Assembly: GCF_006345805.1 (NCBI RefSeq)
Contig: NC_043015.1
Location: 11,904,001-11,968,000, forward strand
Length of the DNA: 64,000 nt
Reading direction: 5' to 3'
Source: Octopus sinensis
Lineage: Eukaryota
Shown piece after piece: positions 53,132-64,000 of the stretch (positions are counted from its first letter, which is position 1; each line of letters begins with the position of its first letter). Position numbers and translations under genes: made by a program. Under the pieces are notes generated by a model. The model worked only from the letters and a program-made list of their open reading frames with translations. It ran no database searches and was not told where the DNA came from.

Positions 53132-53338
53132 TACTTAGCTTTACTTTTATTTTATTCAATATATTTATATGCTATATTAAGATACGTATTAAGATACACT
53201 AAGCACACTTTTTTAGTATTCTCGTGAATTTCTTGCTTCAAAATGCAACTCTGGTGTATTTTGAGTAATTATGCGTATGTACACTTTGCATGCACAGGCA
53301 CACAGACACACACATATATGTGTGTGTTTAAATACATG

Positions 53339-53403
<65 letters not shown>

Positions 53404-53747
53404 ATGCATGAATGTATGATTGCATGCATGCATGCATGTATATGTATGCATGTAGATATGTATGAATGTATATAGTACATGCATACATTATTCTTTGTAA
53501 TAATATAAAAGTAACAAACCAAGTTATATTGTAACAAATACCACATCAGAGTATTATAACAACAGTAAAACATAAACGGCTGACAGAATTAGAATTTTAT
53601 GAAGAAATCGTACTACTGAAATTCGTATCAAATTAAGTTAGCTCTTTATATTTTCTTAAATATATATACGTATGTATATACATATAAAAACATTCATATA
53701 CACACACGCACATACACATATAAATACATATATATATAATATATATA

Positions 53748-53806
<59 letters not shown>

Positions 53807-54011
53807 CGCTACATTCTGCTAAGAACGTAGCAGATTACAGTATAAAGCCCGTCTACCTTCAAATTTCACCCAGTGGTATCATCAAGAACAGTGGTAACAA
53901 CAAGGAGTACAGAAGAACTTTTACTTATGTTCCTCTGTAATTTTTCTGACTTCAACTTATTCAATTATATATATACGTATACACACACAAGTATATATAT
54001 ACATATATATA

Positions 54012-54073
<62 letters not shown>

Positions 54074-54080
<7 letters not shown>

Positions 54081-54864
54081 CAGGGTAATAAGATTTTTGA
54101 AATTTTTTCTACCTGTGGCCTAACGTATAGAAAAATTAGTCAATAGACTATATATTATTCATATAAATACTGTACATTTAAACCCATAAAAGGTATCCAT
54201 CATAGGATTCCCTTCACGCTAGAAGGAACAGCTAAAGTCCAAACCACTATTAGGGATAAAAACTCGAAGGGAATGAAAAATAAAAAAATATTTACCATCT
54301 ATCTACTGGACCTTGGTTTCTGACTATTTTACCAAATAAAATAATTTGCTAGGCGAAGTCTTTATGAACAGGTACGCCTAGATTAAACATATCAGTACGA
54401 GACAAATCCAGCATGTGCCTCCTGCTTATACGTTATAATTTTTCAAATCCACCGCGCAATCGCAGCTTGTTGTCGGCTGCAAAAAAATACTGGCATTACT
54501 TCGAACAGTTTTCCAGAAATAATATCAGGGTAATAAATTATTGCTGTCGACAAAAAACTGCGCTTGCGCGGTGGATTTGAGAAATTATAAAGTATAAGTA
54601 AGAGGCACATGCTGGATTTGTCTCGTACTGATATGAATAATCTAGGCGTACCTGTTCATGAAGACTTCGCCTAGCAAATTATTTTGTTTGTTAAACTAAG
54701 TCAGAAACCATGGTTAGGATATAGATGGTAAATGTTTTTTTATTATTCATTCCCTTCGAGTTTTTATCCCTAATAGTGGTTTGGACTTTAGCTGTTCCTT
54801 CTAGGGTGAAGGGAATCCTATGATGGATAGCTCTTGTGTGTTTAAATGTACACTATATTTATAT
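54074..54864. mobile_element. Foldback element with ~300-bp inverted arms (54161-54465 and 54558-54864)
   Basis: Arms read directly (e.g. tatccatcataggattccc / gggaatcctatgatggata). The spacer repeats the upstream 18-mer ataatatcagggtaataa (54074, 54519). Confidence 0.85.
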
Positions 54865-54916
54865 ATATGTGGGGGTGAGTGTGTATGTGGGTATGTGTTT
54901 AGTAGAATTAGAGGTT

Positions 54917-56200
54917 TGAAAATGCCTCACTACTCAAAGATAATAATTGGGGATGATATCCCTTTGCTGTCGACTTGCAGCTGTGCCGCCATCTTGCAAG
55001 TTCCAAAAAGCTAGCAGGAACCTCCTGAAATGTAAACGTGGCCCGAAAATCTCCGTTCAGGAGTTATGGATGTTCCCTGGTTTTAGTGAGTCCTTTAGGA
55101 TTCTCGCGTGTTCAGCTATGCATAACTTACCATGCTTCATCCTATGATGCAGAAGCCGGAGTTCAAGAGGATTACCCATGAGATCGAGCATGGAATCCCA
55201 TTATCTCTCAGTTGCCAGACGTGGCTGGCCCGTGATGTTACGTATCTCTTTTCCGGTGGTATTGCAGTTGCAGCCGTAGACACGACAACAGAACCAGCAA
55301 AACCCCCACCATCTCTTCAGTTAACAACGTTAGCAACAATAAAAATAACACCACCAGCGACAGCATTGGCAATTCATCCGACGGCACCCACAACGGTAAC
55401 AACAACACTAACAACAACAGCAGCAGCAGCATCACCAGCATTACCAAAAGCTTCCCTAAGGTTAACAGTAGCAGATATGATAACCCCTATAGCTGCAGCA
55501 ACAGGTCCAGTGCCACCGCCAGCTATAACGACAATAATAGCAGCAATGGCAATAGCAGCAGCAGTGACAGTGGACCTAGCAGGAACATCAGCAGAACCCA
55601 GCTAATGACACCTCTAGCAGCAATGGCACATCTCCCACCAGTGACGAAGACCACAATAACAACAGCGCCTTCACCATAACCGGCAGTTGCGATACCATTA
55701 CTGACGCCAGCACAGCCTCCAGCGATGCCAGCACCAGCAGACCCAGCTCCAACAACAACGATGTCGGTGGCAACAACGACACCAGCAGATACAGCACCAA
55801 CAACACACGCCCAGGGAGATACATTGAATTTCCGGGAAGTCTTTCAAGCAACGTCTCTCCAACCACAGATCCTCCTTGAGAGTTACAGAAAGGAGGTAGT
55901 AACATCACTAGCCAGCCACGTCTGGCAACTAAGACACGATGAGATTCCATACTAGATCTCATGGAAAATCCTCGAGAACCAAAGCCCCTACACCAACAGA
56001 ATGAAGCTTTGCAAGTTATGCATGGATGAATGTGCGAGAATCCTAAAGGACTCAAACCAGGGAACATCCTTAACTCCAGAACGGAGATTTTCGGGCCACG
56101 TTTACATTTCAGGAGGTTCCTGCTAGCTTCTTGGGACCGACAAGATGACAGCAAAGGGAGGTAATTCCCAATTGTTACCTTTGAGTAGTGAGGCATTTCC
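54917..56200. repeat. Diverged inverted arms (~54917-55245 and ~55893-56200) around a CAG/CAA-rich low-complexity core
   Basis: gctagcaggaacctcctgaaatgtaaacgtggcccgaaaatctccgttc is mirrored at ~56080-56130; gttgccagacgtggctggc is mirrored at ~55910-55930. Confidence 0.8.
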
Positions 56201-56806
56201 TCCTCCATAATTTTAAGAAATCTTGGGCCAACAGATTTTTGGGATGTGGCGATACGCCATAAAGCTAAACACTTTCGCCACTTGAAAACCATGTATGCAT
56301 ATATATATATATATATATAAGTAAATATATGGTACAACGAAGTACCGATATTTACTGGAAAATAGCGAACGTAATAAATACGACGCTAATGTATAGCTTC
56401 ACCGCGTATGTACTAGCAAAAATGCGTGTGTGCAACAAACTTGAAAAAGATTGTCTTACCTCCAGGGAGAACATCTGAAAGATGAAATACCTAGAAAGGG
56501 ATAATGTGGTACCGGTTTCAGATTTTTAAAGATATGTCTGCACACATATACTTGATTTATCTTCATCAGCGTCGTACTTATTACGTTCGCTATTTTCCAG
56601 TAAATATCGGTACTTCGTTGTACCATATATTTACTTCTATGTATAATTTTCCCTCACGGGCTATTCTTTACTGGAAAGCAATACTCTCGTATTGCATTAC
56701 TATTTTTATTGAAACTTCTTCACTGTCCTCGTTCTGTCAGCGTTTTGGCGTTTCAGTCGAGTGTATTGGCATTGATGCGGCAACATTTGAAATGTTGTCG
56801 AGGTAT

Positions 56807-56879
56807 ATGTTGGCTGATGAAGATAAATCAAGTATATGTGTGCAGACATATCTTGAAAAATCTGAAACCGGTACCACAT
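56807..56879 (+). ncRNA. Type I hammerhead ribozyme, canonical core, array unit 1
   Basis: ATGT-T-GG CTGATGA AGAT...(AAG/CTT, ATATGT/ACATAT)...ATCT GAAA CCGG TA CC-ACAT; predicted cut after GUA at 56873. Confidence 0.8.
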
Positions 56880-57232
56880 TATCCCTTTCTAGGTATTTCA
56901 TCTTTCAGATGTTCTCCCTGGAGGTAAGACAATTTTTTCAAGTTTGTTGCACACACGCATTTTTGCTAGTACATCCGCGGTGAAGCTATACATTAGCGTC
57001 GTATTTATTACGTTCGCTATTTTCCAGTAAATATCGGTACTTCGTTGTACCATATATTAATTCTATGTATAATTTTCCCTCACGGGCTATTCTTTACTGG
57101 AAAGCAATACTCTCGTATTGCATTACTATTTTTATTGAAACTTCTTCACTGTCCTCGTTCTGTCAGCGTTTTGGCGTTTCAGTCGAGTGTATTGGCATTG
57201 ATGCGGCAACATTTGAAATGTTGTCGAGGTAT

Positions 57233-57305
57233 ATGTTGGCTGATGAAGATAAATCAAGTATATGTGTGCAGACATATCTTGAAAAATCTGAAACCGGTAC
57301 CACAT
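57233..57305 (+). ncRNA. Type I hammerhead ribozyme, canonical core, array unit 2
   Basis: Identical to unit 1; CTGATGA at 57240-57246; predicted cut after 57299. Confidence 0.8.
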
Positions 57306-57566
57306 TATCCCTTTCTAGGTATTTCATCTTTCAGATGTTCTCCCTGGAGGTAAGACAATTTTTTCAAGTTTGTTGCACACACGCATTTTTGCTAGTACAT
57401 CCGCGGTGAAGCTATACATTAGCGTCGTATTTATTACGTTCGCTATTTTCCAGTAAATATCGGTACTTCGTTGTACCATATATTTACTTCTATGTATAAT
57501 TTTCCCTAACGGCCTATTCTTTACTGGAAAGCAATATTCTCGTATTGCATTACTATTTATATATAT

Positions 57567-57642
<76 letters not shown>

Positions 57643-57645
57643 AAT

Positions 57646-57706
<61 letters not shown>

Positions 57707-57711
<5 letters not shown>

Positions 57712-57874
57712 GACAGGCGCCTTTCAATTTCAGTCTACTAAATCCACTCACAAGGCTCTGGTTGGCCCGAGCCTATAGTACAAGGTACTTGCCTAAGGTG
57801 CTACGCAGTTGGAGTAAACCCGGAACTATGTGGTTGGGAAGTCGAGCTTCTTACCACACACCCACTCCTGTACC
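57707..57874 (-). mobile_element. 5' half of a diverged SINE family A copy
   Basis: ctactaaatccactcacaagg...cttaccacaca. Confidence 0.8.
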
Positions 57875-57938
57875 ACGTATGTGCATGTATATATATTATA
57901 TATATATATATAATTATATATATATATATATATATATA

Positions 57939-58052
57939 ATAGAAATATTAAAATTACTAAGTCTCTCTAAAAGAGAACAGCGGCAGCGTTCCCGGAAAAT
58001 AATAGTTATCGCCATACTAATATGAGAGACTTAGTAATTTTAATATTTCTAT
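57939..58052. repeat. 29-bp perfect inverted repeat (atagaaatattaaaattactaagtctctc / gagagacttagtaattttaatatttctat)
   Basis: Direct reading. Confidence 0.85.
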
Positions 58053-58143
58053 TATTGAAAACAAGTGGATGTATTCCACCGAAACTAGGTAAATAAAACC
58101 ATCGAACAGAGATTGTCGGAAGCGACACCTACTGGTTGGCTAC

Positions 58144-58185
58144 GCTGCATTGAAAAGGGGCAATACCCCGAAACGCGTCTGTAGC
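58144..58185 (+). ncRNA. Minimal type I hammerhead with a compensatory U3-A8 core
   Basis: GCTGCA TTGAAAA GGGG-CAATA-CCCC GAAA CGCG TC TGTAGC: 6-bp helix I, 4-bp helix II, palindromic ACGCGT, GUC triplet. Confidence 0.72.
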
Positions 58186-58356
58186 TGCCGGTCAAGTAGT
58201 GTGGAGCGACTGACCTCCCTTGTTCGAAGGTTATATGGATACAGTTTGTGTATCAAATAGCTAACTTAAGGCGATGGCCTCATGGAGCTAATAAGTGGAC
58301 AGCTTTATTCTTATTTTTATAAGAATGCCATATTAGTATGGCGACAACTATTATTT

Positions 58357-58387
<31 letters not shown>

Positions 58388-59400
58388 TATATATGTATGT
58401 ATGTATGTATATGTATATGTGTGTGAGTGTCTGTATGTTAGTTTATCTTTGTGCATCTTCGTTCGTGCTAACGTACGTAGGTTTGTATGTATGTATGCAT
58501 GTGTGTATGTTTACATGTCCTGGGTATGACATTAAACTGCACCTAGTGATAAGTCTCCCGTTCATGTGTTGTGAATTTGTGGGGAGCGCGGAGTCACTTC
58601 TTAATTGACTTTATTGAAGCTCCGTTCTGACCCGGAACAGTGAATCCATCAGTGTTTAATCTGTGACTTAAATAGATTTCCCCGGGGCATAGAAGTCCTT
58701 CGTTATTTCTGACAAAGCGTGGGGAAGGCAGCTCTTCTAGGATAAAAGATACTTTGCCATTAAACTTGTTTTCAAAATAGTACGCATTAATCTCGCAATG
58801 CTTGTCACTGAATCCTAGTATGGTAACCGAGAGAATGGCAAAGGGTTATACAAGCTTTTACTACTTAAATCTTATGATCATTGATCCATTTTGTATTTTG
58901 TAAAGTCCATGCAAGACTAACTCAGGCTGAATATGAGGCGGCTATCATCTGACAAGATGAGGTTGCATGTATGTATGTATATATGTGTGTGCGCGTGCAC
59001 GTGTATGTTTATATTTGGATGAGTGAATTGTAGTGCTATCAATAAAGAGAGAATGTGAAAATATTAAGATATAGTGTAAAGAGATATATAACGTTGGAAA
59101 ATAAAGAATTTTTAACAAAGGACCTCTATAAAGTGTATAATGCACAAAGTAATTGTAATTACTTAATAATTAGAAGAAAGCATTAGCTCTCTGGATAATA
59201 ATATTTTAATTAACAAGAAAATATTACACCGGAAGTTTTTCAGTCTTATTAGACTCCCCCTTCTGGTTTACCGGATTAACGTTAATACAATCACTGCATT
59301 GATGTACAGTACTGTATACCTGTAGGTATTAAATATGATATTCACAGAAGAAAATTAATGAGGGGTGCTATACGTGTGGAAAATAGCAATCAAATTAGTG

Positions 59401-59600
59401 CAGTTCTATATTTAAGAGATGAGGAATTATGTACATTATTTACATTATATACATTCGACGGATATTTGTCTTCATCTTGAGTGTTGTTAACACAACGTTT
59501 CGGCTGATATACCCTCCTGCCTTCTTCAGGTGTCTTGGGGAAATTTCGAACCTGGGTTCTCATTCCTAAGGTATTTTTCGATGTTATCATTATTATATTA
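59401..59600 (-). mobile_element. Solo Penelope pLTR (same family as 17209-17346) with an HHR at 59489-59534
   Basis: Minus strand reads GACAC CTGAAGA A GGCAG-GAGGGTATAT-CAGCC GAAA CG TT GTGTT. Confidence 0.75.
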
Positions 59601-59629
59601 TTATAACTTGCAAAAAGTTTGGCTTGCAA

Positions 59630-59950
59630 AGGTTGCCTTTGCTTTCCATCCTTCGGGATCGATAACATAAGTACCAGTTAAGAGCCGGTGTCGATGTAAT
59701 CAATCTATCCCCTCCCCCGAAGTTTCCGACCTAATGCCAAAATTTGAAATCATAATTATTAAAATGGCGAGCTGGCAGAATCATTCTCACGCCGGGATTT
59801 CATCCATCTGTACGTTCTGAGTTCGATTTCCGCTGAGGTTGATATGCCTCTCATCATTTTGGGGCCGATTAAATAAATACTACTTCAACACTCGGTTGTT
59901 GTAATCGACTAGCCCCTACCTCCAACATTTCAGACCTTCTGCCTATTGTA
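59630..59950 (+). mobile_element. Two degenerate tandem SINE family C copies
   Basis: ggcgagctggcagaatc head at 59767; ttgcctttgctttccatccttcggg core upstream. Confidence 0.65.
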
Positions 59951-59964
59951 GAAAGAATTATTGT

Positions 59965-59984
59965 TACTGCTGCTGCTGCTGCAG

Positions 59985-60048
<64 letters not shown>

Positions 60049-60050
60049 TT
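59965..60050. repeat. (TGC)n(GTT)n(GTC)n compound trinucleotide tract
   Basis: Direct reading. Confidence 0.92.
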
Positions 60051-60919
60051 CGTTTGCAGACGACCACTGTCATATGAACAAAGTTCAGTCGCCGATTGTT
60101 TGCTAATAAAATTCGAATGATAAAATTTATTTCCTTCTCATATTCATTTCACGACAATTTGCCAAACAGTCATTAGCGTAAACAGAAAATAAAATGTCAG
60201 TTTATAACAATTGAAATCTTTTAACGTACAGCAAGCAGGCACTTCATCTTGGCCACTGGGCGATAACATCACTCAACTATTCAATGCTTTGCAGCTGCCT
60301 TTTACTACTGTTATATAATATGATTCTGAAATTCCCTGGAATCCATAGCTAAGAAGTTATACTTCTTACATAAGTTGTTGCAACAACGGTCTCAGTAACG
60401 CCACTATATTGGTTTTACTAATAAATTGCTTCGTCAGTTTCTTTAAAAGTTGTTTAGCTTATCAACACCTTATTTATATCTCCGGTGCTTCTCCTAGTAA
60501 TAAGATATACTTGCTGATTCTTGACAAAACGCAACAATGCAGTGGAGAAATATTGAAACGCTTTCTAAAGGTGTAAAAATATCAAGCCGTTCGATAGGAA
60601 GAGTTCGTATGAAATGTGTAAAGGATTATTGGTAATGTTAGATCTTACCCTTGAGACCGTCGCATCAAAAGCTCTGGTGCTTGGAACGCGCTTTTGGTAA
60701 TAACAAGAAAAAGAACAATAATAAAGAAGCAATAAGAAGAGTGCGGCTGTTATCAAATGAACAATAATTCGACACTTCGTGTATCTTCCACAAGTTCAAG
60801 ATTGAGATGATAATTTTGAACTTGTGGAAGACACACGAAATGTCGACATATTGATCGTTCGATAACAGTAGCAATCTTATTGTTTCTTTAATTTCTGGAG
60901 GACTAACAACAACAACAAC

Positions 60920-62068
60920 AACAATCTACCACATAACTGGATTAAGAAATGTCTGGAAATGTATAAAATAGCACTTACTCCTCGAAACTTTTTGTCTGTA
61001 ACTATGAGATCATGGAGAACCACCCTGACTCTGTACAGTGACAATGAATCTCTTAATGCTGGAAATGTAAGGATTCCATGTGGCATTTTCCGGGGGGTGA
61101 CTCTCTATCACCACTCCTCTCTTATCTAGCCTTAATACCTCTCTCGAAATTGCTCAATGATGTACAGTACGGTTATAAAATGTTTGATGAAAATATAAAT
61201 CATCTCATTTACATGGGTGATTTAAATCTCTTTGCAAACAATGACCAACAACTACAAGGCTTAAACAATTCAGTGATGACATCAGGATGTAATTTGGCCT
61301 CGATAAATGTGCAAAAGCTACCTTTAAAGAAAAAATGACAGAAACATCTAACGTTAACCTTGACACCTACCTGAAAAACTCTGAGGGCTGGATGTTAAAA
61401 CTTGTCACAAAGCACGAAAACAAGAAAGCATCATACTCAGTAACAAAACAGGCAAAGGAATATATAAGTGAATTCCAAATACAACAAATTGCAGAATTAG
61501 AGGTAGTGGCAACAAGCACAGAAAAAGCAAAGCGTATGAAAACCCGTACTAAAACTGCTGCCTTAGATATTCTTAATGATAAATGGCAAGAAAAACCTCT
61601 CAATGGCAAATACTCAAAGAGAGCTAATAATGCCGATGTTGACAAAGCCCTTACCCATCAATGGTTAATGGTTTCTGGCTTAAAATCAGAAACAGAAGGG
61701 TTTATCATAGCAGTCCATGATCAATGCCTACCTACAAGAAACTACCAGGCCAACATATATCGTTATAGGTGCCCTAGGAATAATAGCAAAAGAGGCTGAT
61801 TTATACCTAGCTCAGATACCAGGAAACCTCAAAATGGCAGAAATTCAAAAGACTGTGTTCATGGGAACTGCCGATATCCTACGTAAAATACTGTCTATGT
61901 AATCTTAAATATTTAAACAAACTCATAATTTTCTTATGTTTTCTTAAACATTTTCTCGAACAATACTATGTACAAAACCAAATATATGACACCCTATATG
62001 AACTTCTAATTTTTTGTCTCTTGAGGTTTCTGGGTGAGACTTGTACAAATAGAAAGCAAAAGTCAAAC
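60920..62068 (+). mobile_element. Internally deleted R4/Dong-like non-LTR retrotransposon, 3' half, ending in (AAT)n
   Basis: PHNWIKKCL, GDSLSPLL..LALIPLS..HLIYMGDL, KWQEKPLNGKY...QWLMVSGLKSETEGFIIAVHDQCLPTRNY and IVIGALG...EIQKTVFMGTADILRKILSM*. Confidence 0.85.
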
Positions 62069-62088
62069 TAATAATAATAATAATAATA

Positions 62089-62127
<39 letters not shown>

Positions 62128-62128
<1 letters not shown>

Positions 62129-62332
62129 TTTGGTACCAGGCCAGTAAGTTCGGGAGAGTAGCGAAGTCGATTATATCGATCTCAGTGCTCAACTGGTACT
62201 TATTTTATACACCCCGAAAGGAAGAAAAGCAAAGTCGACCTCGGCGGAATTTGAACTCAGAATGCGAAGACGAGCGAAATACCGCTAAGTATTTTGCCCG
62301 GCTTGTTAACGATTCTGCCGGCTCACCAACTT
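62128..62332 (-). mobile_element. SINE family C
   Basis: gcaaagtcgacctcggcggaatttgaactcagaa core. Confidence 0.85.
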
Positions 62333-63615
62333 AATAATAACAATAATCGCCTCTCTTGAGCCAACCTAGAAGTCAGGGTTTTAAAAGAAAATACTTTGGC
62401 ATCCACTCGAACAAATGCAAGAAACAATTTGGATGGCAAAGTAAAGGCATGGCTTATTTCTGTGGAAATTTGAGCCAGTGAGGCGTTAACTATTCCGCGC
62501 GACAGGCCGGACCTCTATTAATTGTGTCATTTTGAAAGTGTGTATCAATCAAAGAAAGGAGGCGCCCTGTCCCCACCAATGCAACAGTGCCCTAAATCTT
62601 ACGGGCGTTTTTTTCACACTATGTATTCGCAAGAATACGGTTTCTGTTTTTCAGTGTCTGAGCATTTCTTACCATAACTTATACTAGTAGTTAATGATTG
62701 ATTTGATCATGCTACAGAAGGAAGAAAAACTTTTTGCTAAATTTTAAGCAGCTTTGATCGAGTCGAGATGCAGCCAATCTTAAATAGAGGAACGTATAAA
62801 AAAATTTTTTTTTTATTTTCAGATAAAAAAAATCATGGAAAAATATCAAAATTGTTGAAAATCGTAGAAATACACAATAGTTGCTCTATTACCATAAAAC
62901 CCAAAGTCAAGCTATTCTGTCATCAAATTGCAGGTCCTTCCTCATTGCACGGAATCAATTATGCATGGAAGAGTTTTTATGTGGAGATGTTCAAAAGTTC
63001 TGATTCATGTTGAATATGCCTAATGGAAGCCATTAACGGAGCCTGTAGAATTAATTGAAGCAAACACCAAGTATGACTTAGTTCACAAAGCCGGTGGATA
63101 CGAAACCACTGATTCGCTTCTTGCACCGAGTAATGCAGATAAGGTTGTAACAACAATGGAAATAATAGTGAGCAAACAATCAAATTTCAGATGATATCGA
63201 AATTCGAGGTGACCGTAATCTCGTTTTATTGAACCTGCTAATGATGTTACACTAGATTTTAATCCTAAAATTAAAGGCCTAAACATTCCAACCGGTACTA
63301 CTGATATCCATGCAACACCGGCAATAAAGGTTCCATCCGACCAATTACATGATAATACTGACCAATTAAGCGAACTTGTAGCAGTGACATGAAAGGTGCA
63401 GAGTTTCTTAAATCAGGGTAGATTGTGATATAATCCCCATTAAACATTAAGTATATTATTAGATACTTTTCTTTAACTTATTGTTTAGTATCGCATGCTT
63501 TATATTAGTATTCTGTTTAGAATCCAATACTCATCATTTTGCGAATAAAGTTGGATGATTGACTGTTTGATATTAAAAGTCAAATAAGTTTTATTTGCTT
63601 GTCGTATTATTTTCA

Positions 63616-63668
63616 CGTAAGTATAAGATAGTCCGTAAGTATAAGATAGTCCGTAAGTATAAGATAGT
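63616..63668. repeat. 18-bp minisatellite x3 (cgtaagtataagatagtc)
   Basis: Direct reading. Confidence 0.92.
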
Positions 63669-64000
63669 TTTTTTGTCAGAAAAAGAGGTGGAGGGACAGG
63701 GAATTCATTCCTAGAGACTGGTGTAAATGGTGCAATATTTATTCTGGCCTATCCTGCTTATTAAGGATATATATATAGGGAGCGCTAAGAGTGTCTTTAT
63801 TGCCAAACACAGAAAAGCATTGCTACATCATATGTTGACCCCTGAGGGCAGCTCTAACCAAGCTGATCTACTATGAAAGTCATCTAGCGCTGACGACAAC
63901 TTTGTAGACCTGCTTGATTGGGACTAACCAAGGAATGAACAAGTGGCATAGCAACTTTTTTTCTGTCTGAAGGCAAATACACTTTTAATGCTCCTTTTTG

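Larger units (their letters stand above)
56319..57557 (+). mobile_element. Tandem 426-bp HHR-containing repeat (units 56568-56994, 56995-57420, partial 57421-57557) preceded by an inverted partial copy (56319-56570), all within (TA)n
   Basis: The period is confirmed by duplicated ORF ends (56983/57409 and 56927/57353). The inverted copy was read directly. Confidence 0.92.

Noticed and set aside
55132-56337. 157-aa T/A/P-rich and 249-aa ORFs as mucin-like or membrane proteins
   Set aside because: The open frames follow from CAG/CAA periodicity, and the ORFs cross inverted-repeat boundaries.
56568-57557. CRISPR-like array or duplicated 114-159 aa gene
   Set aside because: The units are long and fully repeated with no unique spacers, there are no cas genes and the context is eukaryotic. 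The ORFs have no recognisable motifs and overlap in two frames.
58600-58920. Possible CR1/Jockey RT remnant (ISDKAW ~ AFDKVW)
   Set aside because: The similarity is too weak to support without an alignment.

Overview
AT-rich, microsatellite-saturated animal genomic DNA. The SINE, LINE and TcMar families look like those of an octopod cephalopod; this is my recognition, not a database result. I find no intact host protein-coding gene. Most supplied ORFs are microsatellite artefacts, and the real coding remnants are transposon fragments: L1/Tx1, Penelope RT, RTE, two R4/Dong-like LINEs, Tc1, mariner, maT-like and pogo-PHD. Four tRNA-headed SINE families are present. The main signal is a dense set of type I hammerhead ribozyme (HHR) folds, about ten copies in roughly seven non-coding repeat families. 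All have a short palindromic helix III of the dimer-forming kind seen in Penelope pseudo-LTRs (pLTRs) and retrozymes. The best case is a 426-bp tandem array (56319-57557) with a canonical CUGAUGA/GAAA/GUA hammerhead in each full unit and an inverted copy broken at the ribozyme. A diverged sister copy at 33 kb keeps helix I through a different base-paired sequence. Other families carry core variants (U3-A8, U4C, A6U). The window also has several long inverted repeats, including a MITE with telomere repeats and an 8-bp target-site duplication (TSD). All folds were derived by eye and none has been tested for activity.
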